A DNA stretch of 63,998 bases, filler included, from Porpidia crustulata (taxonomy: Eukaryota): the NCBI GenBank assembly GCA_964255105.1. It is 3 parts of 3 records of this genome, joined end to end, with 100 filler letters (N's around TTAATTAATTAA, not from the genome) between each part and the next. Parts side by side here need not be neighbours in the genome. Positions count along the whole stretch, not along the records: positions 1 to 23,692 come from CAXUWE010000073.1; 2 more parts are not named here. One strand, written 5' to 3'. A model generated the notes under the pieces. That model searched no databases, had not been told where the DNA came from, and saw only the letters and a program-made list of their open reading frames with translations. This document shows positions 11,377 through 23,792 of the stretch, in pieces (the stretch's first letter is position 1; each line of letters starts with the position of its first letter). The position numbers and the translations under genes are program-made.

Positions 11377-13626
11377 ATGCCCTCGATATATGGCTCCTAC
11401 CTCTGTAGAGAACCTCCTAATGGGTCTCCTTCGCCGGCGGACGACCGCTTAGAAATTCTGCAAAGCTCAGCGGAGTATTTCTCAAAGCGAAAACAGCTCC
11501 GCGCTGTTCAAAGACTCCAGTATGAGATAGCGAAAGTACATATTCAGAACAAGCAGTGGGGAAGTGCTATGCAAATACTGGTCCCGCTTTGGCATACCCT
11601 GACCTGGCGCCGGGAAGGCTGGTGGAATCTGTTAGTAGAATTGGACTTATTATTGAGGGAGTGTGCACGCTTTACGGGCGATAGTGAAACGCTGATTGCG
11701 GTAGAGTGGGAGCTTTTGAACAATCATTTCGGCAACAGACCTGTGGGGAGTCAAGACTTCGCAAGCTGCCTGGACGGATTGAGGATTTCTCATCCAGAGC
11801 ATAGGACGGTAGTCGAAGCTAAGAGTGTGGTGTCTTGCTTACCAGCATCGTTTGCTTTTGGTGCCAAGGAGGGCCATGTTGGTGAAGCTTTGCCGGCACA
11901 ATTGATTGTGTCATCCCGAGCCCACCCAAATTCAGCCCCGATCACTCTCTTCCAGATCAGACTAGCATTTAGTAGGGGCTTGAAAGATATCAGCATTCAG
12001 CATGACTCGGACATGGCGCCTGATACAGTATCGTCTGACGGAAGTGTGCATCTGCACAACCTTTCCTTAAACAAGGGGGCCGTACAACATACTAGCGCCG
12101 TTCCATCGAGCCCTAATTCTTTACTTGACTCTCAGGCTTCTTTTGGACTGAGTGATCTCAAGTTCTCAGCAGGTATCACTAAAGCTTTTTCATTCACAAA
12201 TATACTCTACAATGCAGGCACGGTCGAGGCTCTCAGCATTACTTTATGTATGAGGGAGCCGTTGTTTGAATTTGATATTGTGGCATCCGACGAGGAGCAA
12301 CTAAGCCAGGACGTTTTCTGGGTAACAAATACCACAGGCCTAGAGAAAACACGCCTGAGAGGGGAACGAAATAATATTGTTAAAATACTTCCCAAGCCAC
12401 CAAAGATCCGAATTGAGATTCCAGATTTAGTGAAGCCGTACCTGACCGACGAAAAAGTCTTTCTCAACATAAGTGTCTTTAACGAGGAAGAGGAGGATGC
12501 CAACGTCAACCTTGAGCTACGACTGCATAACCAATCTGAATTTGAACCAGGCATAAATTGGGCTCTAGATGGAGCAGAACTTGAGAGGTCGAAAGCTCTT
12601 AACCAGGACGAATATGATCGTTCTGTGAGCAACGGTCAAATATCGTATCTTGTGGGGGAAATGCACCCATTAGATGTGCGATTTTGTAAATTATCGCTCC
12701 GGGCAGATTTTCAGGCAGCTCAATACGGTTTGGAAGTAAAGGCTTGCTATTGTCTATCATCAGATCCAGAAACGCTGATATCTAAGACCTTGGTAACTAA
12801 TGTAGTCTTCATACGACCTTTCGAGGCAAACCACGAATTCTTACCCAGGATCTCGCCGATGCAATGGCCAAATTATTTCCACATTAATGATGAGCACAAC
12901 CCTCATACAAATAAGGCAGAAAGAAACATGAAAGCTGATGGGCTTAGTCAAAGATGGGTTCTAAAGGCTCGAATAGCTTCTTTTGCCGCAGAACCCATGC
13001 TTCTAGAAAGTGTTGAGTTGCGTGTACTTCACGTTTCAGATCGGGCCATCCCCAAGATTGAGGCAGCCTCTGACCACAATAATTTGGTGAATCGGATTTT
13101 TCCAGATGAGGTTCAAGAGCGCCAATTTGAAGTAGATGTCCAAAAACTTGACCTCGAAGATCGTCGATCTACTGTCCTCAGTCTACAGCTGCAAGTGAGA
13201 TGGCGACGACAAAACTCTGCTGACGGGCCTGCCACAATGACCGAGATCGCTGTGCCGGACTTGACTATACCGTTCGGTGAGCCTCGGGTCTTAGCTTCAG
13301 CCTGCAAGGGACAAGGCAACGATGGATTGATCCATCTCGATTACATAATTGAGAACCCCTCGGTGCATGTCCTGACTTTCAAAATCACCATGGAACCTAG
13401 TGACGAGTTTGCATTCGTTGGGGCCAAGGACACTTCGCTGCAGCTTGTCCCTCTCAGCCGACACAGTGTACACTACAATATCTATCCATTGGTGAGAGGG
13501 ACTTGGATCAACCCACAATTCAAAGTGATGGATACACACTTTCGGAAGATGCTCAAGGTCCATGCGACAGAAGGCATCAGGATGGATAAGAAGGGCGTCT
13601 TGATCTGGATCGATACTGAAGACTAA
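11377..13626 (+). CDS. TRAPPC11: TRAPPC11 (Gryzun/foie-gras) homolog, apparently only the C-terminal part
   Basis: 749-aa intronless ORF containing the end of the foie-gras domain (LWHTLTWRREGWW..LRECA..VEWELL), KILPKPPKIRI, RPFEAN, GEPRVL, YIIENPSVHVLTF..MEPSDEFAF and LQLVPLSRH..Y..PLVRGTWI. Confidence 0.8.
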   Translation: MPSIYGSYLCREPPNGSPSPADDRLEILQSSAEYFSKRKQLRAVQRLQYEIAKVHIQNKQWGSAMQILVPLWHTLTWRREGWWNLLVELDLLLRECARFTGDSETLIAVEWELLNNHFGNRPVGSQDFASCLDGLRISHPEHRTVVEAKSVVSCLPASFAFGAKEGHVGEALPAQLIVSSRAHPNSAPITLFQIRLAFSRGLKDISIQHDSDMAPDTVSSDGSVHLHNLSLNKGAVQHTSAVPSSPNSLLDSQASFGLSDLKFSAGITKAFSFTNILYNAGTVEALSITLCMREPLFEFDIVASDEEQLSQDVFWVTNTTGLEKTRLRGERNNIVKILPKPPKIRIEIPDLVKPYLTDEKVFLNISVFNEEEEDANVNLELRLHNQSEFEPGINWALDGAELERSKALNQDEYDRSVSNGQISYLVGEMHPLDVRFCKLSLRADFQAAQYGLEVKACYCLSSDPETLISKTLVTNVVFIRPFEANHEFLPRISPMQWPNYFHINDEHNPHTNKAERNMKADGLSQRWVLKARIASFAAEPMLLESVELRVLHVSDRAIPKIEAASDHNNLVNRIFPDEVQERQFEVDVQKLDLEDRRSTVLSLQLQVRWRRQNSADGPATMTEIAVPDLTIPFGEPRVLASACKGQGNDGLIHLDYIIENPSVHVLTFKITMEPSDEFAFVGAKDTSLQLVPLSRHSVHYNIYPLVRGTWINPQFKVMDTHFRKMLKVHATEGIRMDKKGVLIWIDTED

Positions 13627-14216
13627 ATGCCTCTTGTATAGAATGGTGAGTAGAATGGGGAGCTTTTGATTGTCAAGATCATGTTCGAAGTACCATGATA
13701 ATACTCAGTGCCAGGAACACTCTACGCAAACTCCTGAGTGTAATCCGCGCACTTGTTCATGTTGACAAACAAGAGCAGATTCAGCGCACTTGCAAGACAG
13801 CATTCTGCATCAATAATGATATGACAATCGTGGACGAAACTCACAGTCTTACTCCAATCGGAAATCTAGGCCTAGATCATTGGCTTCCTGTAAGGCTAGG
13901 GAGGCTAGCGGGACAATCCCTGTCTTTAGGAGACGAGGGGAAGCTTAGAGTTAGACCCGAGACCGTCGTTTGTGAGGAAGTCACCACTCGCCGATCACTA
14001 GTTACTTCTCTGTCAACAGCCTGCTTGAATGGAGTGATGGACTGTCAAATACACTCGTTGAACTTTCATTTTATCCATCATAACCATCGTCATCATCATC
14101 ACCGTCCGTGGCAGAGTGTTGCACTGCCTCGATCAATGGACTTGATATCATTCGCGAATTTACATCATTGATATCGATAATAATACATACTAACCGCGTG
14201 CGCCACACCATGAGCG

Positions 14217-15214
14217 ATGGCAAGTCACTCTCTCCGTCTTCTTTGAGCCCGCAATAAGATTTTGTGTACTTGTCTGTCGATATTGAGTGAAGCTAACCAA
14301 TACAATTAGGGTTGCTGTCACTCCACAGCAAGAGATGAGGAGCAGTCATCACCGTATTCTCCCTCCAATTCACATGGCGACTCCTCCTCACGGGCGATAA
14401 CCTCAGCGCCTACACATGTACCAGACCTATCAAGCCCTCGCACCTCCTCAAACGCACCTACAGCATCACAACAGCCTCGATCGCGGAGGAATCTTGGACT
14501 CGGCGAACAATTCAATTCGCCTCTACGTCTACACGTCTGGACATCTACAAAGCAGTGGGCTCGTCCGGAGCTGGAAAGAGAGCGACTTGAGTTCTTCGAC
14601 ACCAGGGTCACGGGGCGCTCGGAGATATGGGGTACTTTAAAGGCTGTTGTTGGACTTTTAGATGAGGGGGATGTCCAAACTGCACAGGGAATTCTTGATG
14701 CCTCCGCGATTACGTTGCCGACAGGGGATCTCATGAATGGCGCATACGATGAAGTTGGAAATTTCTATCAAATGCCGGAGCATATCATAAGCGATCCGAT
14801 CAACGTTGTGCCTGGTTCTCAAGCTGAAGTTCCCGATGACGGAAATGCTGCTGAGATATCTGATGATGATGATGAGGCGGAAAGAAGAAGAGAGGAGAAG
14901 GGAAAATCGGTACTCAAAAGCGAGGACATAATCAAAGTCAAGGCCAGGCTGAGCGACAGAGGTGGCCCCGATATAGCTATCACTCTGGGTAAGGAGCAAA
15001 GTATTAGAGTACTTATCCGTAGGATCCAGGAAGAAGCCAACGTCAGTATGCCTCTTTGATTTGTGGACAGAGCTCGACTAAACATGCGATTTAGCTTCCT
15101 GGCAAAGGGAAAATCAAAATAGCTTACTTGGGCAAAATTCTCAAAGAAGGAGAATCGCTCCAGTCACAAGGTTGGCGAGAGGGCCATATGGTGAACGCAT
15201 TGGTATTCCAATAA
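14217..15214 (+). CDS. Ubiquitin domain-containing protein (UBTD1/DC-UbP family); 3 exons
   Basis: ATG(14217), then a GC-AG intron 14220-14309, gives MGCCHS... Motifs include ERLEFFDTRVTGRSEIW, AQGILDASAITLPTGDL..GAYDEVGNFYQMPEHIISDP and the Ubl tail KIAYLGKILKEGESLQSQGWREGHMVNALVFQ*. Confidence 0.85.
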
Positions 15215-15990
15215 ACTTTCCAGCATTGGTCTAGATATCCCAAGTAGGTGCTTCAATGCATTCACCTGGAGTTGGCGTCATGGATTGGTAGATCACTATT
15301 CGAACATCGCCATTGGCTTCAGTGGAAACCAATTCAACAAAGGACTTATTAATATGGTTTGTGTTGGCTATGGGCGCCTTCTGATAAGATGTAACTTTCA
15401 ACTTTTGTACAGAGTCGAACAACAATAATCATATCAAAGTGAGACACAAGCTGTGAGAGATCTCTTCAGTGAGCCGCCGTTCGCACGGCAAGGGCTTCTG
15501 ATTCTAGTCACCATGGAGCACTATAATTAATAGCTGAGGACATCGGCATAAGCGATCATATATCGATTCTTAATTTAATCAACTTAGAGCATCGTTACCC
15601 GTTGTGCTCGCTATTAGGTATCAACTACGGCATCACGTGACGTTCAAGCATGTGAATGGACCGGGATCTGGCGTCTCAGTTGCTGACAGCGCCGCGTCGT
15701 AAATGCCAGAAATCCAACAATAAAGCTGACGACTAAGTAATAATTCGACGCATTCAATACTAGATTTGACAGTTGCATTCAAATCGACCCGTTCACTCTG
15801 GAAGTGCTGCATTCGAGGTAACGAAGACGAGTCATCCCTAATCCATCGTGCTCATCGTTCGTCCTCGAATTGCTGGTTGCGACTGCGCCACACTAGCAAG
15901 ACCTTTCCAAATGTTGTTGCTGATCCTCAAATAAGTTGGGTATGGGGGGAGACTTACAGGACAACTCTCGCTGAACAATATACGCCAACA

Positions 15991-18900
15991 ATGGCATCCG
16001 ATCGTTCATCTCCGCAAAACCACTTAACACCGCAATCAATACCTTTGCAAGACCTAACCCGCCCCCCCGATCTGGCGCAAGAGGATCGAGACGGAAGGGA
16101 CCACAGGAGGGGCTTTGGTGACAGGACAAGAGCGTTTGTTGGCAACCGACAATCATTCAGCGGAAGGGTCAACACGGCAGGGAGATATGAGCGAGTGGCA
16201 GAGGAATCGCCGCCGGGGCAGACCAGGAACGGTCTTGGTCTACCACACGTTACCACACCCAGAAATGCTCATCAACCCTACGCTTATGATGACGGCGAAC
16301 TATCACCTGTCAACGCCGGAGACTTTCAACTTGCAATGGGCTCGGTAGGTTTGAGCTTCGAGCCAACGGCCGCTTCCCAGCCATCCTTACCGTTGACTCC
16401 GCCACCTATGGCAAGTGGCAGCAGATTGGATATCATTACGGAACCCGAGGGCGTGTCGCCTTTGACGAGGCCTACGATGCGCTTTACGTCTGAAGACGAC
16501 GAAGGCTATTTTTCTCCGACAGGGAATGACAGAACTCCCCTGACTGATCAACGTTACCTACAACCCATCAGTGGCTCGCAACTACCTACGCCATCCGGTC
16601 AGAGGCATGAGAGACAAGGATCGATGTTAGGCGATGATCTACCGAGTATGGAAGCTGGATTCGGAAGGCCTCTGTCGGCACATAGCGCAAGGTCTCTTTC
16701 AAGATCTCTATCCGTATCTGCAGCTGGATCACCACTGTCAAGAGCTGGTTCTATGATGAGGAAGATGTCGCAGCGCGTTGTCAACCTTAGTAATGAGCCT
16801 GATCCTGTAGAGCAGAGCATTCGGCGAAAGCCTTCCACTTCGACTTCAGTCAAGGAAGCTAGATTGGAAGGGCCACCGTCTTTTCCGGCAATGGGCGAGT
16901 ACATGCAAGATGAGTCGCAGGCCAGGTTAACGCCAATTGAGAAGGCTCTGCCTTTTGTACGTGCCCAGCGTGTGGGTGACGCATGGAAACCACCAACAAA
17001 CCCGTTGAAAGGCAATACCCTCTTAATATTTAGACCCGACAATTGGCTCCGGCTGCAATTATGCGAAATGCTGGTGCATCCAATCACTGAGCCTGTGATC
17101 CTAGTGCTCATTCTGTTTCAGACAATTTTGTTAGCTGTTCAAACATCTCCTAAACTCGATTACACGAAAAGGGCACCGACGTGGAACTCCTCATGGATTG
17201 ATTCCGCGCTGCTAGGTCTATTTGCTATATATACTTTGGAAATTGGCGCTCGTATCGTAGTGTCTGGACTTATCAAGAACGCAAAAGAATATGCTACGGT
17301 GGATTGGGATCTTGGCTTCAAGCGCGTTCTCATCACAAGGATTCGTAGTGTTTTAGTACCAGACAAAGCGCAGTCCGCCAGCGCAATTGCTGACCGTACC
17401 GACCGTACCAACCACCAGCCATCAATCGTGCGGTCCTTCACAGTCATGCAAGCACAGGCTGATCAGCCTGGTCACAGTCGACAGCAACAGCGGGACCGTT
17501 TGGCACGCCGAGCTTTCCTGCGCCACTCTTTCAATCGCCTCGACTTTCTTGCTGTTGTATCGTACTGGATATCACTCGTACTATCGGCCATGGAAATTGC
17601 ATCCCAGAACCATATCTACCTGTTTCAGATGCTAAGCTGTCTTCGAATATTGAGACTTCTTAGTCTCACCAGTGGCACCTCCGTATGATTTCACTAGTCA
17701 CGAACGCACAAATCGATTGCTGACATACAATCAGGTCATATTACGAAGTTTGAAGAAAGCGGCACCCCTACTTGCTAATGTAGCGTTCCTCATCGGATTC
17801 TTCTGGCTGCTTTTTGCGATCGTTGGGGTCCAAATGTTCAAGTCCTCCTTTAGACGAACATGCGTCTGGTACGAGCATGTAAATGCTCTACGCGGCCCTG
17901 ATGGCTTAGACTTGACTGTTGGCCAAAATTTTACCTGGAACGTTGCACCAGAAAACATCCAGCTGTGTGGTGGTTACATCAACGCTACGTCGCATGAGCC
18001 GTGGCCGTGGCTGAAAGCGGACCTAGAAAATGGCACAAGGCATGCGAAAGGCTACCTCTGTCCGGAGAACTCAATTTGCTTAGAAGGATCAAATCCTTAT
18101 AACGGAACTGTCAGCTTTGATAATGTAATACAGTCTTTGCAACTCGTTTTCGTGATAATGAGTAACAACACATTCTCCGATCTGCTCTATATGATGACGG
18201 CCAGCGACTACCTTGCTGCAGCGTTATTTTTTGCAGCGGGGATAGTCATACTAAGTCTCTGGTTGACGAACTTGCTCGTTGCTGTGATTACATCTTCGTT
18301 CCAGGTCATTCGCGAGGAAAGTAAAGCAAGCGCTTTCACTACCGATGAGCATGAGCTTGCGCAACTCGACGACGAAGAAGAAGAAAGGCCTGAAAGATCT
18401 GGGACTCTGAAACGAGCGTTCGACAAAACATATTGGCCGTGGATTATCGTCATTATATTCGGGCTTGTTGTACAGAGCCTTCGAAGTGCAACAATGTCGA
18501 AAGAACGTGGACGATTCATAGATGATACCGAGACCGTGGTCACATTGTTGCTGGTGGTTGAAATCTTCCTGAGGTTCATTACCGACTGGCGGAATTTCCA
18601 TAAAACTAAACGCAATTGGACCGACCTTCTTATCGCCATCATCACGGCCATCATACAGCTTCCTCCCATCCATCACAGCGAAAGGGCCTATGCATGGCTG
18701 ACCTTTTTCCAAATCGTCCGGATTTACCGCGTTGTCCTAGCAATTCCCCTCACTCGTGACTTGATCGTAGGTTTTCCCTTATTCTTATCGAAGGAGCTCT
18801 ACTAACGATGACTGTAGATGGTCGTCCTGGGCAATGTTACTGGCTTGCTAAATCTGATCTTGTTCGTGGCTTTGATCACTTTCCTCGTGGCAATATTCGC

Positions 18901-21900
18901 CGTACAAATATTCCGGGGCCAATTCCCGTTCGCCAATACTGGCCAAACAGTCACTCACATACCGTTCACAGACATCTACAACTCGTTTATTGGTATGTAT
19001 CAGGTTCTGTCTAGCGAGAACTGGACGACTTTAATGTACAACGCCACGCAGTTCACCACTAAATCCAACATGGCGTGGGTTGGCGCGGCATTTTTCATTC
19101 TTTGGTTTATTCTAGCCAATTTCATTATCCTCAACATGTTTATAGCCGTCATCCAGGAGAATTTTGATGTTACCGAAGATGAAAAGCGTTTGCAGCAAGT
19201 TCGAGCGTTCCTGCAGCAGAAAGAGCTCGGTGGATCAACCCATGGTAACCTCTCATTATCCGCAATCTTCACGCTAGGGCGAGATTCCCGACGTCACAAG
19301 GATCCGCTTGATTATGGTCCAGCCTCATTGGAAATGTTACTCAAGGGTGCCGTGGTACGAGACTTCCTAGATGAACAGCTCGATCCTACCGAAGAACCAG
19401 CGGACGACGCTACTGTGACTGGTGGAAAGACACGCCAAGATCGGCCAGGGTTTTTCTTTCTCGTTTGGGCCAAGGCTTTGGAATTTTTGCAGAATCGAGA
19501 GCCAAACCCTTTCTATTCCCGTTTGCAGTTTTCTAAAGCGCAAGATGAATTGGATCCTCGAGCCATGGCTAGAGAGGTTGTATCAGCTACCGAGATGAGG
19601 AAACAGGCACAACGCCAATACCTGCAAAAGCACCCGACTTATAATGTGTCCCTTTTCCTTTTCAAGCCTGATAGCAGAATCCGCAGGGCGTGCCAGCATA
19701 TCGTTGGCCCTGGTCGGGGTAGCCATCGGATTCAAGGCGTAGATCCAATTCGGCCTCTGTGGTATGGCTTTTCGTTCTTTATCTACGCATCGATCGTGAC
19801 TATGGTTGTACTGGCTTGCCTTGCAACTCCCCTATATCAGCGAGAATATTTCAAAGAACACAATGGCTTCAGTGTTAGGAATTGGTTTGTCTGGACCGAC
19901 ATGGCTTTCGCTGCTATTTTCACCCTCGAAGCTCTCATCAAAGTGATTGCTGATGGTTTCTTTTGGACTCCAAATGCTTATTTTCGAGGATCCTGGGGCT
20001 TCATCGATGGTCTTGTCCTGATAACGCTTTGGATAAACGTAGTGACATCCCTCTACAGCGATGGTGCTGTATCCCGAGCAGTAGGAGCTTTTAAGGCTCT
20101 GAGAGCATTGAGATTGCTTAATGTTAGTGACAATGCAAGAGATACGTTCCATTCAGTGGTCATTATCGGTGGATGGAAGGTGCTATCGGTAAGTCTTATG
20201 ATATTATCACAAGTGGTTTGGCATGCTTATGATCATCCAGGCGGCGTTTGTATCTCTCAGCCTTTTGGTTCCATTTGCTATCTATGGCATCAATCTCTTC
20301 AACGGCCGGATGTTCATATGCAACGACCTTTTCTCCGATATTACCGAACTTACCGACTGTGTCGGTGAATGGAATTCGACGCCCTCTGGATGGAAGGTCC
20401 TTGCCCCAAGGCAGGTTGCTAATCCATACTACAAGTTCGACGACTTTGCAAGCTCACTCTTCATCCTATTTCAGATAGTATCACAAGAAGGCTGGATAGA
20501 TGTGATGTGGAGTGCAATGGGCATCAACGGCGTCGGGAAACAATTTCAACCTTTTGTCTCCCAAGGAAACGCCATATTCTTCATCATCTTCAACCTACTT
20601 GCATCCGTCTTTGTGTTGACTCTCTTCATTTCGGTCTTCATGCGAAATTACACGGAGCAGACGGGTGTTGCTTTTCTGACAGCTGATCAACGTTCATGGC
20701 TCGAGTTGCGAAAATTGCTCCGGCAGATCTCTCCATCCAAACGCCCCTCCAACAAATCAGATTCTGGTTGGAGAGCATGGTGTTATAAGATTTCTATCAA
20801 GAAACACGGAAATTGGCAACGATTTCTCACTGCAATTCTATTTCTTCACCTAATATTGCTTTGCTTGGAAACTTATCCCGAGAACGAAACTTGGGATCAC
20901 GTGAGAGGTAAGTCGTTGGGTTTCTATTTCGACCGATTGGAAGCATCTAATCAAGGTAGACTACCTATTCCTCGCCTTCACAGTATTCTACATTTGCAAC
21001 ATTGTAATCCGTATCGTTGGACTTTCATGGCAAAGGTTCAGAAAAAGCTCATGGGACATTTACTCGGTCATATCTGTTACTGGTACCGTTATCAGTACAT
21101 TTCTTGCGCTCTCGGATTACAGAGACGAGCTTTACGTCCAGCTGCATAAATTCTTTCTAGTTTCCATCGCTCTGCTGCTCATCCCACGCAATAACCAACT
21201 TGACCAGTTATTTAAAACCGCGGCTGCTAGCCTTTCGTCCATTGGAAACGTGCTGGCCACGTGGTTTGTGCTCTTCCTGGTCTATGCCATTGCTTTGACA
21301 CAGACCTTCAGCTTGACGAAATTTGGAACGTTGGAAAATGGCAATCTCAACTTCCGCGATGTACCGAAAGCCCTCATCCTACTTTTTCGCACCAGTTGTG
21401 GCGAGAGCTGGAACCAAATAATGGAGGACTTTGCAGGCATGACCTATCCACAGTGCGTCGAGAGCGGTGACTTTTTCAAGAGTGACTGTGGAAGCCCTAA
21501 TTGGGCGCGAGCCCTATTTATATCATGGAATATCATTAGCATGTATATTTTCGTCAGCTTGTTTGTCTCTCTAATATATGAGAGCTTTTCATACGTCTAC
21601 CAGAGGAGCGGTGGGCTTTCCGGAGTAAGTAGGGAGGTCAGCAGAGAGGAGTTACGAAGGTTCAAGCAGGCATGGGCTACCTACGATCCTGAAGGCACAG
21701 GGTACATCTCGAAAGAGGCATTTCCAAAACTCCTTGGAGTGAGTTGAGCAACGTATCGATTGAGGTCGAATAAATACTGATACTGGACAGGAACTCTCGG
21801 GAGTATTCGCGATGCACATATACGATGGAGACCATGCAGTAAACCGCATACTCGAACACTGCCGCGTTGACACCCGAGGCGCCGACTCCCCAGCCGGCGT

Positions 21901-22738
21901 TGTACACGGTGTCGATTTGGCGAGGCTAAACGAACGATTGCGCACGATCAATGTACCGGAAATCCGAAGAAGGAGAAAGCGACTAGAAACATTCTGCACC
22001 GAAGTTTTGATCGCCGCAAATGTCGATCGCGGCATCAATTTTACTTCCTGCCTCATGATACTTGCACACTACAGCGTCATCTCGGATAACAAAAGCTTGC
22101 GGCTTGAGGAGTTCCTTCGCCGTCGGGCAAGGTTACAGCTTGTCGGAGAAGAGACCCGCCGACGGGTAGTCCGGGGCTTCTTCGACACAATGTACTGGTC
22201 TCGCGATTTCCGCTCACGACTTGACTACCGCCACTCTGCGCGCATGATGACGGTTCCACAATTTGCGGTTCCAGAAATCTTCATCGACGATCAAGATGCC
22301 CTATCGCCTCAGGACGACGGCGCCTACCCTGGCTCTTCCCAAAACGTCTCCCCCCAAGGCAGTCCGAGAGGTCGTCCGCAGATCGATACCGGAGGCCTAC
22401 GACGACGCACAGATTCCAGAGGGGGTTCGCCGTCAAGGTCCGACAACACCATCCTAGCGACCCCGCAAGTTTCGCCGAGGACTAGAGTGAGCCCGCAGCT
22501 GTCGCCGCATAGACCGTCGCCTTCTGCTGCTAGCGCCGGCAGCGGCGGCTTTTCATGGACTTACGATGGTGCCACTACTCCGGAGGAGAGATTGGAGGGT
22601 GGAAGAAGCAGGGCGGCTAGTTCAGTGGATAGGCAGAATGTGCTTGAGGTGTTTGACAACACCGCTTGGGGAGACAGCATTCGAAGAAGCTTTACGCTGA
22701 GGAGGAACGGGACTAAGGGGAGAGGATCGAGGTCATGA
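15991..22738 (+). CDS. CCH1: Voltage-gated-like calcium channel alpha subunit; 6 exons
   Basis: Four-repeat 24-TM channel with S4 segments (LSCLRILRLL, IVRIYRVV, FKALRALRLL) and P-loops MSNNTFS/SSENWT/SQEGWI/CGESWN (N-E-E-E filter). An EF-hand-like WATYDPEGTGYISKE follows. Short GT-AG introns start near 17683, 18767, 20189, 20908 and 21739. Confidence 0.96.
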
Positions 22739-23594
22739 GGGAATCCGGGATGATGGATCACGACTACGGTGCGACTATGGGCATAGAGGAGGACGAACAG
22801 GATTGGGAAGACGGGCTTTTCTGTACGAGTATGGCTGTGTCTTCTTGCACAGTCGGTTTTGAGATGGTAAGCAACCCGTCAGAAAGACGTGGGCTGGGAC
22901 AAACGCGAAGCATGAGCCTGGCGTCGGCGTCGTGGATTCACCACATGCGGTTGCATATTGCGCTTTCGGGGGAGGGAGTTCAGGGCGTTGTGGGTCAGGG
23001 TAATAATGGGTGCGAGCATGATGAGGTGTCTAGGGGAAAGGCCGACGTCGGATATATCCACCAGCATTGCGCGGAGCCTTTTTCATGAGGGTGTTTGTGT
23101 TCGGGTGGTTGGAACAAGCGCGCTGTAAACTTACCGGAGCACTTTTTGCAGAGGACAGAGCGTCACCTAGATAGATACCGGGAACGATGTTGGTTTATCG
23201 GCTTTCAAATGAGGTGAACAACATGATCCGCCTCAGTAGCCCCCGTCGACAAGCCCAATGATGCATTATCTGTCAATCTGTCTGATCTCCTCGCTATCGC
23301 AAGGCGCACGCACCGGTGTGTCTCAGCCCAAGGGAGGCGCGGGGAGATTGATGTTGGCTCTCCAAGCCTCGTCCTCTACGACTCCCCCGGATCTCCAGCG
23401 AGAGCTTCCTCAGTGAACAACAATCGAGTGTTTCAATCCTGATAACGAAAATTGCTCGAGTGTAGGCGTTGGAGATACGATAACATTGCCAGATGCAATC
23501 AACCGCATTATGCACGATGTTTGATATTTGTGCGACGACGACCAAACTCGCCGAGCCCCAACGATCCCTGGAGTACTCGTATCCACCCCTCCTT

Positions 23595-23692
23595 CGATTA
23601 CACCGCTAGTTCGAACACAGCACCTAGGGTTAGGGCTACAGATGCTTTGAGCCTTAACCCTAGGTGCTGTGTTCTAACTAGTGGTGTAATCG
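23595..23692. repeat. Foldback inverted repeat (43-nt arms, 12-nt loop), truncated by the assembly gap; probable MITE-like element
   Basis: CGATTACACCGCTAGTTCGAACACAGCACCTAGGGTTAGGGCT (23595-23637) matches the reverse complement of 23650-23692 at 40 of 43 positions. Confidence 0.85.
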
Positions 23693-23792
23693 NNNNNNNN
23701 NNNNNNNNNNNNNNNNNNNNNNNNNNNNNNNNNNNNTTAATTAATTAANNNNNNNNNNNNNNNNNNNNNNNNNNNNNNNNNNNNNNNNNNNN
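23693..23792. other. Artificial contig spacer N44-TTAATTAATTAA-N44
   Basis: Exactly 100 nt with a central all-frame-stop linker, identical in design to the second gap. Confidence 0.97.

Noticed and set aside
23626..23662. Telomeric motif as a telomerase RNA template or chromosome end
   Set aside because: Fewer than two full repeats, embedded in an inverted repeat, with no other telomerase RNA or telomere features visible.
23737..23748. TTAATTAATTAA inside the N runs (also 47122-47133) as a biological motif or target site
   Set aside because: It is centred in identical N44 flanks in both gaps and has stops in all six frames, so it is an assembly linker.
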